A DNA stretch of 64,000 nucleotides from Phoronis australis (taxonomy: Eukaryota > Animalia > Phoronida). A model generated the notes under the pieces. It was not told the DNA's origin. It did no database searches and saw only the letters and a program-made list of their open reading frames with translations. Where the stretch lies: contig NMRA01000153.1 in the NCBI GenBank assembly GCA_002633005.1, forward strand, positions 560,580-624,579. The letters are read 5' to 3'. Position 1 is the first letter of the stretch. Every line of letters begins with the position of its first letter. Positions 51,869-64,000 of the stretch are shown one piece after another. Position numbers and translations under genes: made by a program.

Positions 51869-53561
51869 CCACGCATGGTCAGACTCAAAAGCTGTATAGT
51901 AATAGTGAGAGTTAAGCAGCTCACCACCTCTTTTGTTCTTCTATAGTCACTTATGTTAGTACGAAATGGTTCCATCGTTTTAATGGCCAATTCCTTATTC
52001 CTAAAGTGCAGGAAGCATGAGGGACAGACAATATTGGTTCAGGTACTTATATTTCAAGTTCTGAACCGAGCTTGGATATAAAAAGCCACACAATCCTGCT
52101 GCCCAAAAGGGTGAGTGGAAGATGAAACACCAGAACACCAAGTCGGTCGAAGAATTAGAAAATAATGCTTTGGAAGTAAAGCAATTCCGTTGAAAACTGT
52201 CATTTGTAACAAAAACATCAAAACACTCGCAAAATTCTTCAAGCTGGTTGGTAGACTTGCTGAGTATGACCATTGAAATTAAAGCACAGTGTCTGTTGCA
52301 ATGGGCCTATAGAAGGTCTAAGTAACGTGTCGGCCGTTCTGTTTTTCGTACTATATTTCGCAAAATTCCAACACCACTGTCCCGGTATTATAAAATTGCA
52401 CCATGTACATCCATGTAGCTTAGTCAGTGTTTGCTACAACAAATTGATGTATTATATGTACAGAAAATAGATAGATTCTCATTTATATGTTCTCAACAAT
52501 CTAATCTTATATCTTATCTGATCTATCTTCTTAAATTATTGAAGTATCTTTGAGTTATGTTACTGTTAAGAGTGGTAATATCACAGGTAACGTCTGGTGT
52601 ACATACGCTGTTAATATGTTAGAGCAGTTCAGCAACGTTCAGTAGGTACATATTTTATTACTATAGCAATTCAGTTTCGTTTACTCCTCATATGAGCACA
52701 AATCACCATGACTAGATGTCAAAAACAAAAATGATTGGCTATGTGACAGGACGGACGGTCGGACATGAGCGGTTTATGAAGCATCTCCGAGGGAAAATCT
52801 GAAGCTACGAATAAACCAGATGTGTTACGAACGACGAAGTCAACACCGAAACACACAGGAGCTGACGGATGCATATGGTATCAGGTCACTTTGGTTCTTG
52901 CATTAGAGTTGTGCCTGAAATAATTGTTCGTCTCATTTGGTAAATCTGGAGTAAAAAGAGGCAAATACTAATGCAGCCCTACCCTTGACTTCTGACAGTT
53001 TCACACAATGCTTTTTGATTATAATCTGTTCGTAGAAGTATGTGAAATATGTCATAAACAGTAAGGGCAAAAAGCACCATATTTTTAATTGTCACACATC
53101 GTGCATTTACTAGTACCGTCATGCAGACCAAACACAATTCACCCGCAGAACGTGTTTCCTAAAAGAAACAAAATATTACTCAACAATTTCCACCTGTTTC
53201 ATACGTTAGGGGTCACTTTAGAGAAACATGCCTGCAGATCAATTGACTCCCAGGGACTCAAGTCTGTGCGTCAATACGTAGGACGCGTTAATTTCTTCTT
53301 GCTCTCGAATCCATTTTTATCGGTGCAACCATCTGGTTTATATAAATTTAATTACAAGTTTCCAAAACAAATTTTCTTGTAGATCCTTGTGGCAGTAAGG
53401 CAGGGCCTGTATTATTTGCGGGGCCCTATGGTCTAGTTGAGTTAACTTAATGGATGATCCGCCACTGGTTCAGAGTAAAAGTTCTACACACATTGCTATG
53501 CTGATGTCTTAACTCGAGCACACAACAAAATCGCGTTCACTCACCCAGAGGTCAAGAGAAT

Positions 53562-53812
53562 TTTACAAGTATACGTTCTCACGCAAGTATTTACAAGTAT
53601 ACGTTCTCACGCAAGTATTTACAAGTATACGTTCTCACGCAAGTATTTACAAGTATACGTTCTCACGCAAGTATTTACAAGTATACGTTCTCACGCAAGT
53701 ATTTACAAGTATACGTTCTCACGCAAGTATTTACAAGTATACGTTCTCACGCAAGTATTTACAAGTATACGTTCTCACGCAAGTATTTACAAGTATGCGT
53801 TCTCACGCAAGT
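53562..53812. repeat. 28-bp minisatellite, ~9 copies
   Basis: Unit ATTTACAAGTATACGTTCTCACGCAAGT is essentially identical across copies, with no spacers. Confidence 0.97.
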
Positions 53813-54518
53813 ACATAGAACCAAAATAAATGAATGCCCTTCGACTGCACTTTTGCCATATCTCGCGCTTTCAAGTCGACTTTTGTTCTCCTGAGCGTTT
53901 GCATTATGAACGTGAAATGTGATCTTTGTGAAAAATTACTATTTTTAGATTCTGTTCCGTGATAACAAAAAATTTAAAGCCCGTACATATGCAGCACCTA
54001 TATACACATTCAGTGGTCATGTCCAAGGGACACTTGCTTATGTTTATGGTGAAGGGTGCAGCAAAAGGAGTCGTGGACTTTAAGGATAAAAAGACTCTTT
54101 TGTAGCCGATAAGTTCATGAAAAGTCACCCTTTCATAGTGCTTTAGTTCAGAACATCTTTTGTAGGAGTTAATTTCATAAAAATAAACCCCCATTGGAGG
54201 GATTTTTAGTCTTATAACTATCTTTTTAACCCATTAAGCCTAAACGGCACATTAAGAGATGCCATATTGTCAAAAATGAGTATGTCTCCAGAAACCAAAA
54301 CATTACAAATATAAATAATATTGAAAACGTTATGCAGATTTTGGAGTAGGAAACAGGTACCTCTTGTAGTATCGAATTAATTCGGGAAAGGCACGCTATC
54401 GTAGGTAATTTTTTAGGAAAATGCAATCTTTTGACAGGAAATTGGTCGTGAAAAATTCAGCCATCTGATTGACATGCATAGTCAGCTTCTATGGCAGTGA
54501 ATGGATAAGTTCACCTAC

Positions 54519-54682
54519 TAAGTCAATAATCTGGTTCAGTGCAAGTCCCATCTTCACTACCACCGGGTCTCCGGGGTTAATCACTGGACGGACTTGTGGA
54601 TGAATCCGTGCTGTTATGTTTTCTAGAAGTCTTTGCTCTCCTGTAATTGTAGCATTCAGTGAATCAACCACGTTCTTCAAAC
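54519..54682 (-). CDS. nAChR alpha subunit, N-terminal mature exon
   Basis: cag|(G)LKNVVDSLNATITGEQRLLENITARIHPQVRPVINPGDPVVVKMGLALNQIIDL|gtaggt. Confidence 0.93.
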
Positions 54683-57131
54683 CTGTAAAAAGTGCAAACA
54701 ATTTTGAGAATGATTCAGGAATTTTATTGAAGCTGCAAAAATAATGAAATCTGAAATCATAAAAATACTCAATCGCAGTAAGGAAGACAATTTCGGGTGG
54801 GAGATGCGCCTTCGCAAATATCTCATCAGGAAATTTTAGATTTTCCGTAACATCGGGTACCATTTGTCACAGCGCCATCGAGTTTTGCGAGAAAAGCCAC
54901 TGAAGTGAGTGGTCGACGAGGTTGTATTGAATTCATAAGCAAAGATTTTTCGCCTGAAGAAGAACGGAAAGCTTGACGTCTGTTGGGGTAGTGCCTAGGA
55001 GATTACGTCATCTTGGTTCTAACTCTTGCCAGTTAGTCTGTGCGATATTACATTGGATCAAAAGTTGTAATTGGGAAACATTGCTTTATTTGATATTCCT
55101 AACGCTCCTAGCTAGAGATCGTGTTTGATCTAGTATTAACCAGGCATTACCTATACCCCGCTAATTAGCAAAGCTTTTAAGCTTTTGATATTTTTACTAT
55201 CGGTAAAATTGAGCCTTGCTTCTAAAAGGATTGACAATCTCCGATTCACATTAGAGTGTATTCTTCTTCTCTCATGTACTATATGCCGTTTATACTGAGC
55301 TCTATAGCGACCCACCAACTGACCCAAGTCAAGAAAGGTTGTCTATCAGATATGCTCCAGTGACGAACTGAACACAATATTTAATATTGAAATGTAAGCA
55401 TAGTTTTTAAAAAGCCGAGAAACTTGCTGACAGTCAAAGAATATTCCTTTTGGCAAAAAATCGGGTCATTGTAAAAAAAGTCACCTATGCCAGATGTCTC
55501 AGTCCTCCCTCATTTTACTAAAGTGTCTTAAGCCTCCTCTTCCCCAAGCCGGCTGTGAGCCAGTAATAGTGAGCAGGTTATGGGAATATACATCCTGACT
55601 AGATCTGGGAGTACCTTCACCGTTCAAGTTTAATTTATATCCGGGCTCGTTTTCTTGTTTTAGTCATTGCGTAAAAAAGATAATTGAGTCCACTTGTAAA
55701 TTACTAGGTGACATATTTGTCTCCAGTTTTACTCCACTGGATACAGAGAAACGTGTTGCTCAGAGTGCGAGAAATCTTTACGTTAGGATCATTTTTGCCA
55801 CAAAGCTTGTATCCACAACTCAAGAAGGTTCATGTGGTAAGAAAAATATAAAGATAATGCAGTGCCCATTTAACTTATCACAACAAATAGTTTCATTCAA
55901 ACCTCGATCTAGTCACGGACGGAATCAGCATATGACATGGGTCAAGCTGGTGCATTATGGTCCACTTTAAAATAGGTCAACAGTTCATTCGACATACCGC
56001 GAGCTGGGAGGCTCGGCTGATATGAAAACAAAGTAGGAAATGGTTACAGAAATCGGATCGGTGATTAAAGCACGCCGTGAGCATGAGATCGAAACAGCGA
56101 AATGCCAAATTACCCTAATTAAGAAATTTGGGTGAGGATTTGTTTTTTTTTCACAACTTCATGTGTTCGTGAACACAAAGTCACCGACAGACTAGGCATG
56201 AGGAGACTCATAGCATTCGTTTTCAACGGCCGTATGCATGCAGACATACAACTCCCTCAGGATCAAAACTACGTTTTGTTTTCGTATTCTCCCCAACATT
56301 TTTCTATTATATGTACACGTCGTTGACGCAATATTATGGCGACTCGGTGAATGAAAGGACTGAGGGTACATAGGCCTACGGAGCTGCTCTGTGCCTGCAA
56401 AAGCGGGAGATTTGATTCGAGTGACAAGTAACCCTTGACCTCGGATAAGTAGTAAACAAATTTCAACGCGTTTGTGCGGTTCCAAGGTGGTTCTTTTTTC
56501 TTGCTACACGGTATATAATTCGTATTTGAAGTTCCCCAAGAATGAAGATAAGGTATTTTACGAGACATATATGAAATATTTAAAAATGGTCAATTTTTGT
56601 GAATAAGGTTTGAGATTTCCTTATCTGCTCACCCAGTCTGTCCGGAACATGGCGTTCTCAGTATTGTTATCGCGAAGTTGGCGGTTATGCCTACTAACTG
56701 CATATTATATTTTAGCCCATTTGGCAGTTTGTGTACCCATCTGGTACTTCAAGTTATATTTGCCGATTCGCTCGAGACCATTTGGTAGGCAATCGACCAA
56801 GTTGATACCCATCTGGTGCTCACTGGCAACGTACGTATTCGTTTTGACGTACCCATCTGGTACCTAAATGTTTACTGCTGTTTCGTGGTACCTAGCTGTA
56901 CCGATGTGGTATCTACTCCCGGCACTTCAGTAAATAGAACCGTGACCCAGAAATTGGCAGCGCATCTTAATAAATTTCATCACTAAACCACTCTCCTGTT
57001 GGATTGTTTGTCCCCAATAATGCCACGGTGAGATATAGGTATTGTTGATGACCCCTGTCGGTGGTTGAAAGGCTGCTGTAATGATCGATTAACCCGTATA
57101 CGGTTATAAATGTAATATGTATTTATAGATA

Positions 57132-57482
57132 TGTGTGTGTGTGTGTGTGTGTGTGCGTGTGCGTGTGTGTGTGTTTGTGCGTGTGTGTGTCTGAGTGTAT
57201 GTAAGCATAAAACATCATTATATTTGAGTTTACATTGAGCAAAAAGTCCACGCGTGTATATCAGCCGTTAAACAATAATTTGCCCTGGTTTCTCGTTCAC
57301 AATAAACCTGACTGGATGTCTGAAAATAATCCTATTTTAGTCTGCAGTTGATTTTCAAAATTCAAATGGCTGACACGAAGCGTTTTTAACCTTTATTAGT
57401 CTTATGCCCAAGTACAAACACAACACACACACGCACACGCACGCATACACGCACGCGAGTGCGTGCGCGCGCGCACACACAG
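57132..57482. repeat. (TG)n and (CA)n/(CG)n microsatellites in inverted arrangement
   Basis: TG tract at 57132-57190 and CA/CG tract at ~57416-57482. Confidence 0.9.
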
Positions 57483-58339
57483 ACACATATGACACACTAG
57501 TATGAAATTCAATGACTAAATACCGTTCCTTCAGTTCGCTGTGTTCACTGAGGGCAGTTTCTGCTGCGTTCAGTTCACCACAATAAAGACACGACCTATT
57601 TCCTGGACCTAACTCTATATGTCTTACCATTACAACCACTAAAGAATATCCCACACCTCTGAATCGTGACAATGCTGAGCAGTAGAGAAAAGAAATGAAA
57701 TACTTAAAGTAGTTTTTCTATATAAATTCAGAAATTCAGCTTTGTTAATTCTGTACACATCTTAACGTCGAGACGACATCCCCTCTACCCACTGGTGGGT
57801 GTACATGCATGTATCTTCACAGCGTTGCTTAAATTTCTTTATGAGTAACATTTCGTCACTAACACTTTGAGTCAGTCAGGTGGCACCAAAACCTGATTAT
57901 TGATTAACATTTTGAGCCCAACATGTTCTGTCCTTTCATACTTCATAATATAACAAATTTTAACATATCTTACAGAAAACTTTTGAGAATTTTAACCAAT
58001 ATCGTATATTCAGAAGCATGTGAAAAATTACCAGTGCTCTTCCAAGTTCACCTCTGACAGCATTTGAAATATTTAAACCAAGTCCTGACAAGTATTTCCA
58101 AAATTTACTGTTAACAGATGCGACGTTTTTCGCTCATCGAAACCCCACACCTCTAAGAAGTGGTAGTATTTTAGCAAAAATAAATCTAAGTCGTACCATC
58201 GGCGGGATATCGGCGAACTTCAGGACATGCAATTTTAGCGCAGAGTTGCCCCATTCTCTCAGTGATGACGTTTTCAGCGCCTTTGTAAACGCTCCTCTTG
58301 GGCTTAATGTTAGTCAAAGATAAACACTTCCCTTGAGTA

Positions 58340-58600
58340 TAATGTTATCCCAAGATAATTGTTAAGTGCACTACATGTACTTTTAATTCTTTCGCCATCG
58401 AAAGTCCAGTTTCATAGTGACATAAAATACCACCGTTTCTAAAGAAAATGATTGTTTTCAACATATTCAGTTGCTTCTTCCATTTGCCACACAAGGACTC
58501 TAGTTTATTAATCAAGCTTTTCATACCATTTGTAATATTAGCAAACAAGACTAGGTCGTCTACAGAGACCATCACATACAAATGCAATAGTCCAATATAA
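58340..58600 (-). mobile_element. Non-LTR retrotransposon reverse transcriptase remnant
   Basis: VDDLVLFANITNGMKSLINKLESLCGKWKKQLNMLKTIIFFRNGG matches the YADD..LQ..LN..C..W..VN..KT pattern. Confidence 0.75.
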
Positions 58601-59593
58601 ACACCTGCGCCGCTGTAAATTTGTTTTTAATTCAATTTCCAAGTCATTACAGGGAAAATAAAAATCGTGATAGAATTGAAAAAAGTAATGTCAGTCACAC
58701 CACCCGTTTCTCTCATTAAAACACAAACCGTCTCGTCTTTGTACATACTTTATACTGTAAACAATAACCCAGCATCAAAGAACTAACTTGAAACAAAAAC
58801 CAGTACACATATTTCTAATTAATCAATTAATCCTTGTGCGTAAATACGCGCTTAAGACATGCCATACTAAAAATTGTTGTCCGTACTACATTAAACTTGC
58901 TAAAAGGCTTCACCGTTGCACTTATTCTATCCTTAATGCGCACCATGTGCGGTGTGAGAACGGAAATTTAAAAAATAACATCCATTAAAAACGCTACTCG
59001 TTCAGTATGTCAGAGCAGATGAGCTGTGTTAAAGGCATCAAGCCGTTAAATTCACACTAATACGCACGCTTTTATTGTGTTGAGGTTATCATTTGTTACA
59101 CATTTATTGATCTCAGAAAGCAAATATTATAACTTCTTTAGACAAAAATATCACAGCTTTTTACAATAATGTTGTCACGCGTTCTTGTTGAATGAAGCTG
59201 CCCTAAAGCAGACTATTGTCGGAAAACCACTTTTGGAATTGACCATACAACCGAATCATACTACACTTTGAAATCGATCTCACTTACAGTATTTGTTTTG
59301 ATTCTCTTGGATAAGAATAGCTTGATGCTCTGAATACAATACTTGTACATATATAGTGCAGCTTGTGTTCAGGCAGTAACCTGCGGACTTAGCCAAATAC
59401 ACCTGTACTAGGGATAACCAAAACTATTAAATCGACTTATGAGGACTAGAAATATAGGACCCATTTTGATATTGCTTTGAACGACTGTTAACTCTTGTAA
59501 TTTCATGTTTCACGCTGTGTTGTTACTGAATAAAAAATTAATGAAGATGTACCTAACCGTTTGCACTCAAAACAGAAATTTGAGTACAGAACT

Positions 59594-59987
59594 GGGCCCT
59601 GTTTCATGAAGGTGACTTCAGACTTGAGACAGAAATTTGGTCTTACGATCCAACTTCACAGTTGTTGAAAAATGGTTTGGACAAATAATTACGAGTGCAT
59701 CACAGTCTACAAATAATCTATAGAAATTATCTCGTTGGATTAGCAGTTATGTACGTATTCTCACTGGCTTTGCACTTTTACTCAAGCGAGATTTAATTAT
59801 TTTTCTCAATTAGTTTTGTGGAGCAAAATGCAGAGCTTGTGAGAATGAATATAATTTCTATAAATTATCTATAGACTGTGATGCACTCGTAATTACTTGA
59901 GCAATCCTTTTTTAGCAATTATGAAGTGAGATCATCAGTCCAAATTTCTGTCTTAAGTCTGAAGTCACTTTTATGAAGCAGCTCCGG
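59594..59987. mobile_element. Long palindromic (foldback) MITE, Harbinger-like
   Basis: Arms such as TGACTTCAGACTTGAGACAGAAATTTGG / CCAAATTTCTGTCTTAAGTCTGAAGTCA and AATTACGAGTGCATCACAGTCTA / TAGACTGTGATGCACTCGTAATT. Confidence 0.85.
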
Positions 59988-61957
59988 GAAGTTGATCTTT
60001 TACGCTGCAGGAAGACACATCAATCACCACAACGTGCATAGGGACTCTATCGTGTGCAGTGGTCTAACTTTTGGACAAAGAACACGTGACCAAATTAATT
60101 GCAGGTTGGTATGAAATCAAAAATCAAATACTATTTTACGGAGTTAAAATCAATTTATTTGGCTGAATGCACAGACCTGTCGATAAGGATCTTCGAAGCT
60201 ACCACCTTTTGGCGATTTTTGAAATCAGTGAGGACTCGAAGCCATTTTGATTTCGTGGTCGGTTGGGGACAGTTTAAATGCAAAAGTATTTGATTTTTAA
60301 AACAATAAAATTATTACATCGCCAGGTTGCAAATGTAGTAATTGGAGTTGCACGCACAATATGTGATCGGTCACTGAAAGGGAAGTAAATATATTTCAAT
60401 TAACGCTCGCCCACATCTTTTCGATAAAGCTACATATAAGTATTTAAAATTGTTTTTAACAGAGTGAATTGGCGATAATCATCTCTTTTATGGCCTTAAT
60501 TCATTCAGAACGGGTTTTCAAAGTCAAATGGTGCCGTTTTGAATCAGGGTCAGCCGTCGACCGGAGAACAGGCGACAGCCCAACCCCTCTCTAGTCGACC
60601 TGAGTGCAGCTAATCGTGTCACTGAACCGCTGAAGCTGGGAGAAAAATCAGGTGACTTTGTAAAAAATCAACCATCAAAACACATTCGAGAGCCATAACG
60701 CTTTTTGTCTTGATCACTGGATCTTTTGTAAGCCTACATAATAACACTTTTTTAGCAGTCTATACTGAAACTTATCATTCGTTGATATCGTAGTAAGAGC
60801 TAAGCTCAGACCGATACAGGAGACATTCTGAACTATATAGATTTAGGCTACCTTTTTTCTGAGTTTGTATTATGTCAATGCGATAAAACCCCACAGAAGT
60901 CTCCCGTCAGCAAGCAAATTAAATAATGTTTACAATCAATGAATTAACCTCCCCCAACTTCGTTAGTCCAGGTAGTAATCTCCATAATTTTTATTGACTG
61001 GCTTCGAATGAATTGTACTAAACTGTTGTAACTGTTTTAATTGGCTTAAGTTTCTGACGTTTTTTTCTGAATAATCCTCCATTCCGTTAACGAAAATGAA
61101 CACTGAACTCCATTACAGTCAAACGGAAACGTACATGGAGGAATACAGGGAGGTCATCCCTCAGCGAGCCACGCCGAGAGGTAGCAGCAAGGACGGTAGA
61201 GCTGTCTACCTTCTACAATACCGTAGTCGGGTGCTTCGTCTCGCTCCAGACAATGCCAAGCACACGATAATCGCGTGCAAAACGCGGGAAAACCCTGAGC
61301 CCTATGCAGGGTACTGGAATTTATTAACGTGTGACTCCAACGCTTAAATGCACTGTTTGTCACTTTCTTTTTGGAAAAATTTGCTCCAGTATCAAACGAG
61401 TGAGTGTACCATGTTTCAGTGGACTCGTAATGTTGTTTAATCGTCCCATTCTGGAGATGCATGAATAATTTGCAACTAGACAGAAGACAAGCAGTATCTC
61501 CAACTCATAAGGTGTAATATTGCAAGCTATGAAAGACAATAGTGAACTCAGGTTCTCATATGAATTTCTACGAATCTCGCTGGGCGTAAAATCACCGCGA
61601 CAGGGTCCACACATTAAGCCAGACTAATGCGGTGTGTGAATTTTCACTGATGCCGTAAAGGCAAATGCGTTCGTCTGAAAAATCCTTGAATAACTTTCTT
61701 TTATCATGAATATTTTTAGAAAAGTTCCCATTTTGTCTTCACACTGCCACAGGACGGTCTGCAAACATGACACGGAATGGCCTGCGAAACAGCATGAAAA
61801 ATTTCAATGTTTTTGTTTGTGTTCGCGCCGGCAACTGATCAAGACTTGATAATGCCCATTGAATCTGAAAATCTGGACATGATGAAAGATCACGTCATGC
61901 GTAGTCTGACCTATGAAAAAACAAAAAGGTCGCCGTAGCATGGGAAAACAGCCTCCC

Positions 61958-62094
61958 GTTCAGTAACGCTAAGACCTCGCTAAAAAACAAGACTTCGCTA
62001 GATTACGTGATATATTGCTATGTATTTCAAATGAAATCACGCGACTTTGGCTAAATTTTAGCTAGGTCTTAGCGTAGGTCCTAGCGTTACTGAA
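61958..62094. mobile_element. MITE (copy 2)
   Basis: Same TIRs and interior as 51731-51868. Confidence 0.75.
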
Positions 62095-63575
62095 CGTACG
62101 CCAGTTTTCATAAACGCTGCAACAAAACACTGTCTTTTACGTTTCACTGATCAATCGAAATTTTTAGAGTTTCATATTTGAACATGCTGGATTATAGCCT
62201 GTGACAAGTAAAATGAAGTAGAAAAGGATATTCTTCAATCATACCTGTTACTTTGGACAAACTGGGTGTTTTCTTATAAGGCAAAAACATGCTTTATCCG
62301 ACAAAACCAGGTTCAACCCCCTGGCTCCCGGACTATTGGCACTGGTCTGTTGCTTGACTCATTTAGAAACCTGCGCCTCAATGCTGTAATAAAAAATTGC
62401 GCTTGCCAGCATCACTTCAGGGGAAGTTTTAAATCTTCACAAACCGAGTCAAGCTAGTTTTTACACGTGGCTTGTCAAGCCGCAATCTACTTTTTAATTA
62501 CTTTAATTAATTAAAAGTACGTCCTACAGCCAAACCATAACAAATGTCTGCAAAAGCGCTTGCTGCTGCCAGGGTGAGCCATTGTGTGTGCGGTTTTTAA
62601 TTGTTATAGTATCTAGTCATTAGCATGAGCAACAACTTAACATAAATTACTGATGAATTTACAAGGATTAAGATTCTTGAAATTTCCTACGCCGTTGTAT
62701 TGTTGTTCGAACTACTATGTTTGGTTGAAACCCTTCCGGTTCCGTCTCGTTGTATTGTCGTCTGCGGATTAAACACGTTTAACTTACTATTCCTTGTTTA
62801 GTTCATCTGGCGCTATTCGTAAGTGAACAACTCCAGGGGCACAATAGAGTTGTTCAAAAGGCAGTGTAAATTTGTCTGTGTTTCCAATTGTCAGTGGAGT
62901 AAAGGCCGGTTATTGGAACACTCCCTTCACGATTGCTCTTTAACAACACTCTCGCTTTACATTGTTTAAAACATCGCCTCTTTTATGGTAAACTGCAAAT
63001 AACACATCAGTGAACTGCGGCGGATGAAACAGAAATATTCCCTATGCACGAAGTGAACATCGTATTCCCCGTGTTCCGCAATAATGCCATTGTTATTTCT
63101 GATCTCATTAGACACTTACAAGAGGTATTACAGGTTCAATAGCTAAACTCATGTATTCAGTCACCAATTGGCAACATCAAAGGGAAATTCTGGGATTCTG
63201 GACGTTTGGGTTAATAATAGGGATTAAACATTACTTTTTAGATAACTCAGTATTCCATTTTTCTGATAAAAAAATTGACCGTCAGATAAAGTCAACGCCA
63301 TTTTATCGTGTGTGATTGTTGTTGCAAATTTCGCCATCTTCATGACCAAGTCAGTCATTCGTCAGTTCCTGGGTCTGGTAGTGTGCTGTACATTTCTTGG
63401 GAGATTCTGGAATTGTATAACGTCGTTGTGTACGAAATTTAACCACAGATGGCTTCCATAAGCACGCCTCAATCGGACTCCGATATAGATGCGGGAGAAC
63501 ACCAGTGCCGCGTGACGCCGTTGAATTTTTCCACTCGGACGCCGTAGAATTCTGTCAGGTCGAATAGAGTTTTAC

Positions 63576-63660
63576 CGAGGAAAAGCATATATTTTAAGTT
63601 CAGTAAGACATCGGTAAGCAGTACAGTTAGGAATACCACAACTCGACACAACTCAATCAT
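63576..63660 (-). CDS. Candidate signal-peptide first exon of the nAChR gene
   Basis: MIELCRVVVFLTVLLTDVLLNLKYMLFL(G)|gtaaaa is hydrophobic and ends in phase 1, as the next exon requires. The donor is weak and there is no homology support. Confidence 0.3.
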
Positions 63661-64000
63661 TCACGTTCTGCTACTACGCTCTCCCGTTTACTGTGTCCGA
63701 CTCAGTGTAATGTTCATAGTGCGCACGTCATCTGTTAGAATGTTTCAAATTGTGAGAAAGTACGTGTTGTTTTTCACGCAAAATACATCAGAAACAACAT
63801 GTTTGTCGAAGGGTATAATTGCGTTTTTCTTCTGTTGCCCTTATGTTATTAGTTCAAATGTACCATTTTCATTGCAAGCTTGGGACGTTAAAGATGCTAT
63901 GTCTCATTAAAACCGTGAATATTTAAATTTGTAGCAAATGCCACCTTGTGACTTCCTGGAGAACTGTTTGTACAAGTATAATCAGGAAAAGAAACAATTT

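Noticed and set aside
53562-53812. CRISPR-like array of 28-bp repeats
   Set aside because: The repeats are head-to-tail with no unique spacers, there are no cas genes, and the context is a eukaryotic intron.
59288-59350. Alternative nAChR first exon (MYKYCIQSIKLFLSKRIKTNT|gtaagt)
   Set aside because: The donor is good but in phase 0 (phase 1 is required), and the peptide is not hydrophobic.

Overview
Eukaryotic (animal, probably invertebrate) genomic DNA with GT-AG spliced genes; most ORFs in the supplied track are spurious. Two host genes face each other. GPN3 (GPN-loop GTPase 3) lies on + with 7 coding exons at 4604-11837; its first P-loop exon was not found and is probably upstream of the window. 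A nicotinic acetylcholine receptor alpha subunit (alpha9/10-like) lies on - with 7 phase-consistent exons at 26155-54682, plus a weak signal-peptide exon candidate at 63576-63660. The rest is dense with transposable elements: a deleted Kolobok-type element (THAP-transposase plus opposing P2X7-C-terminus-like gene), a miniature LTR element whose LTRs contain a tRNA-Glu-like sequence, Helentron-type (HINE) elements with arrays of CTCF-consensus motifs, and a nested graveyard at 15-23 kb (piggyBac, Gypsy gag, Academ/DUF6589, an inverted-repeat-bounded element carrying a spliced HECT ligase, hAT, solo LTR). There are also many MITEs with readable TIRs/TSDs, LINE/Tc1/hAT/Academ fragments, tandem repeats and a probable haplotype duplication at 30-31.9 kb. 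Family assignments come from recalled motifs, not database searches.
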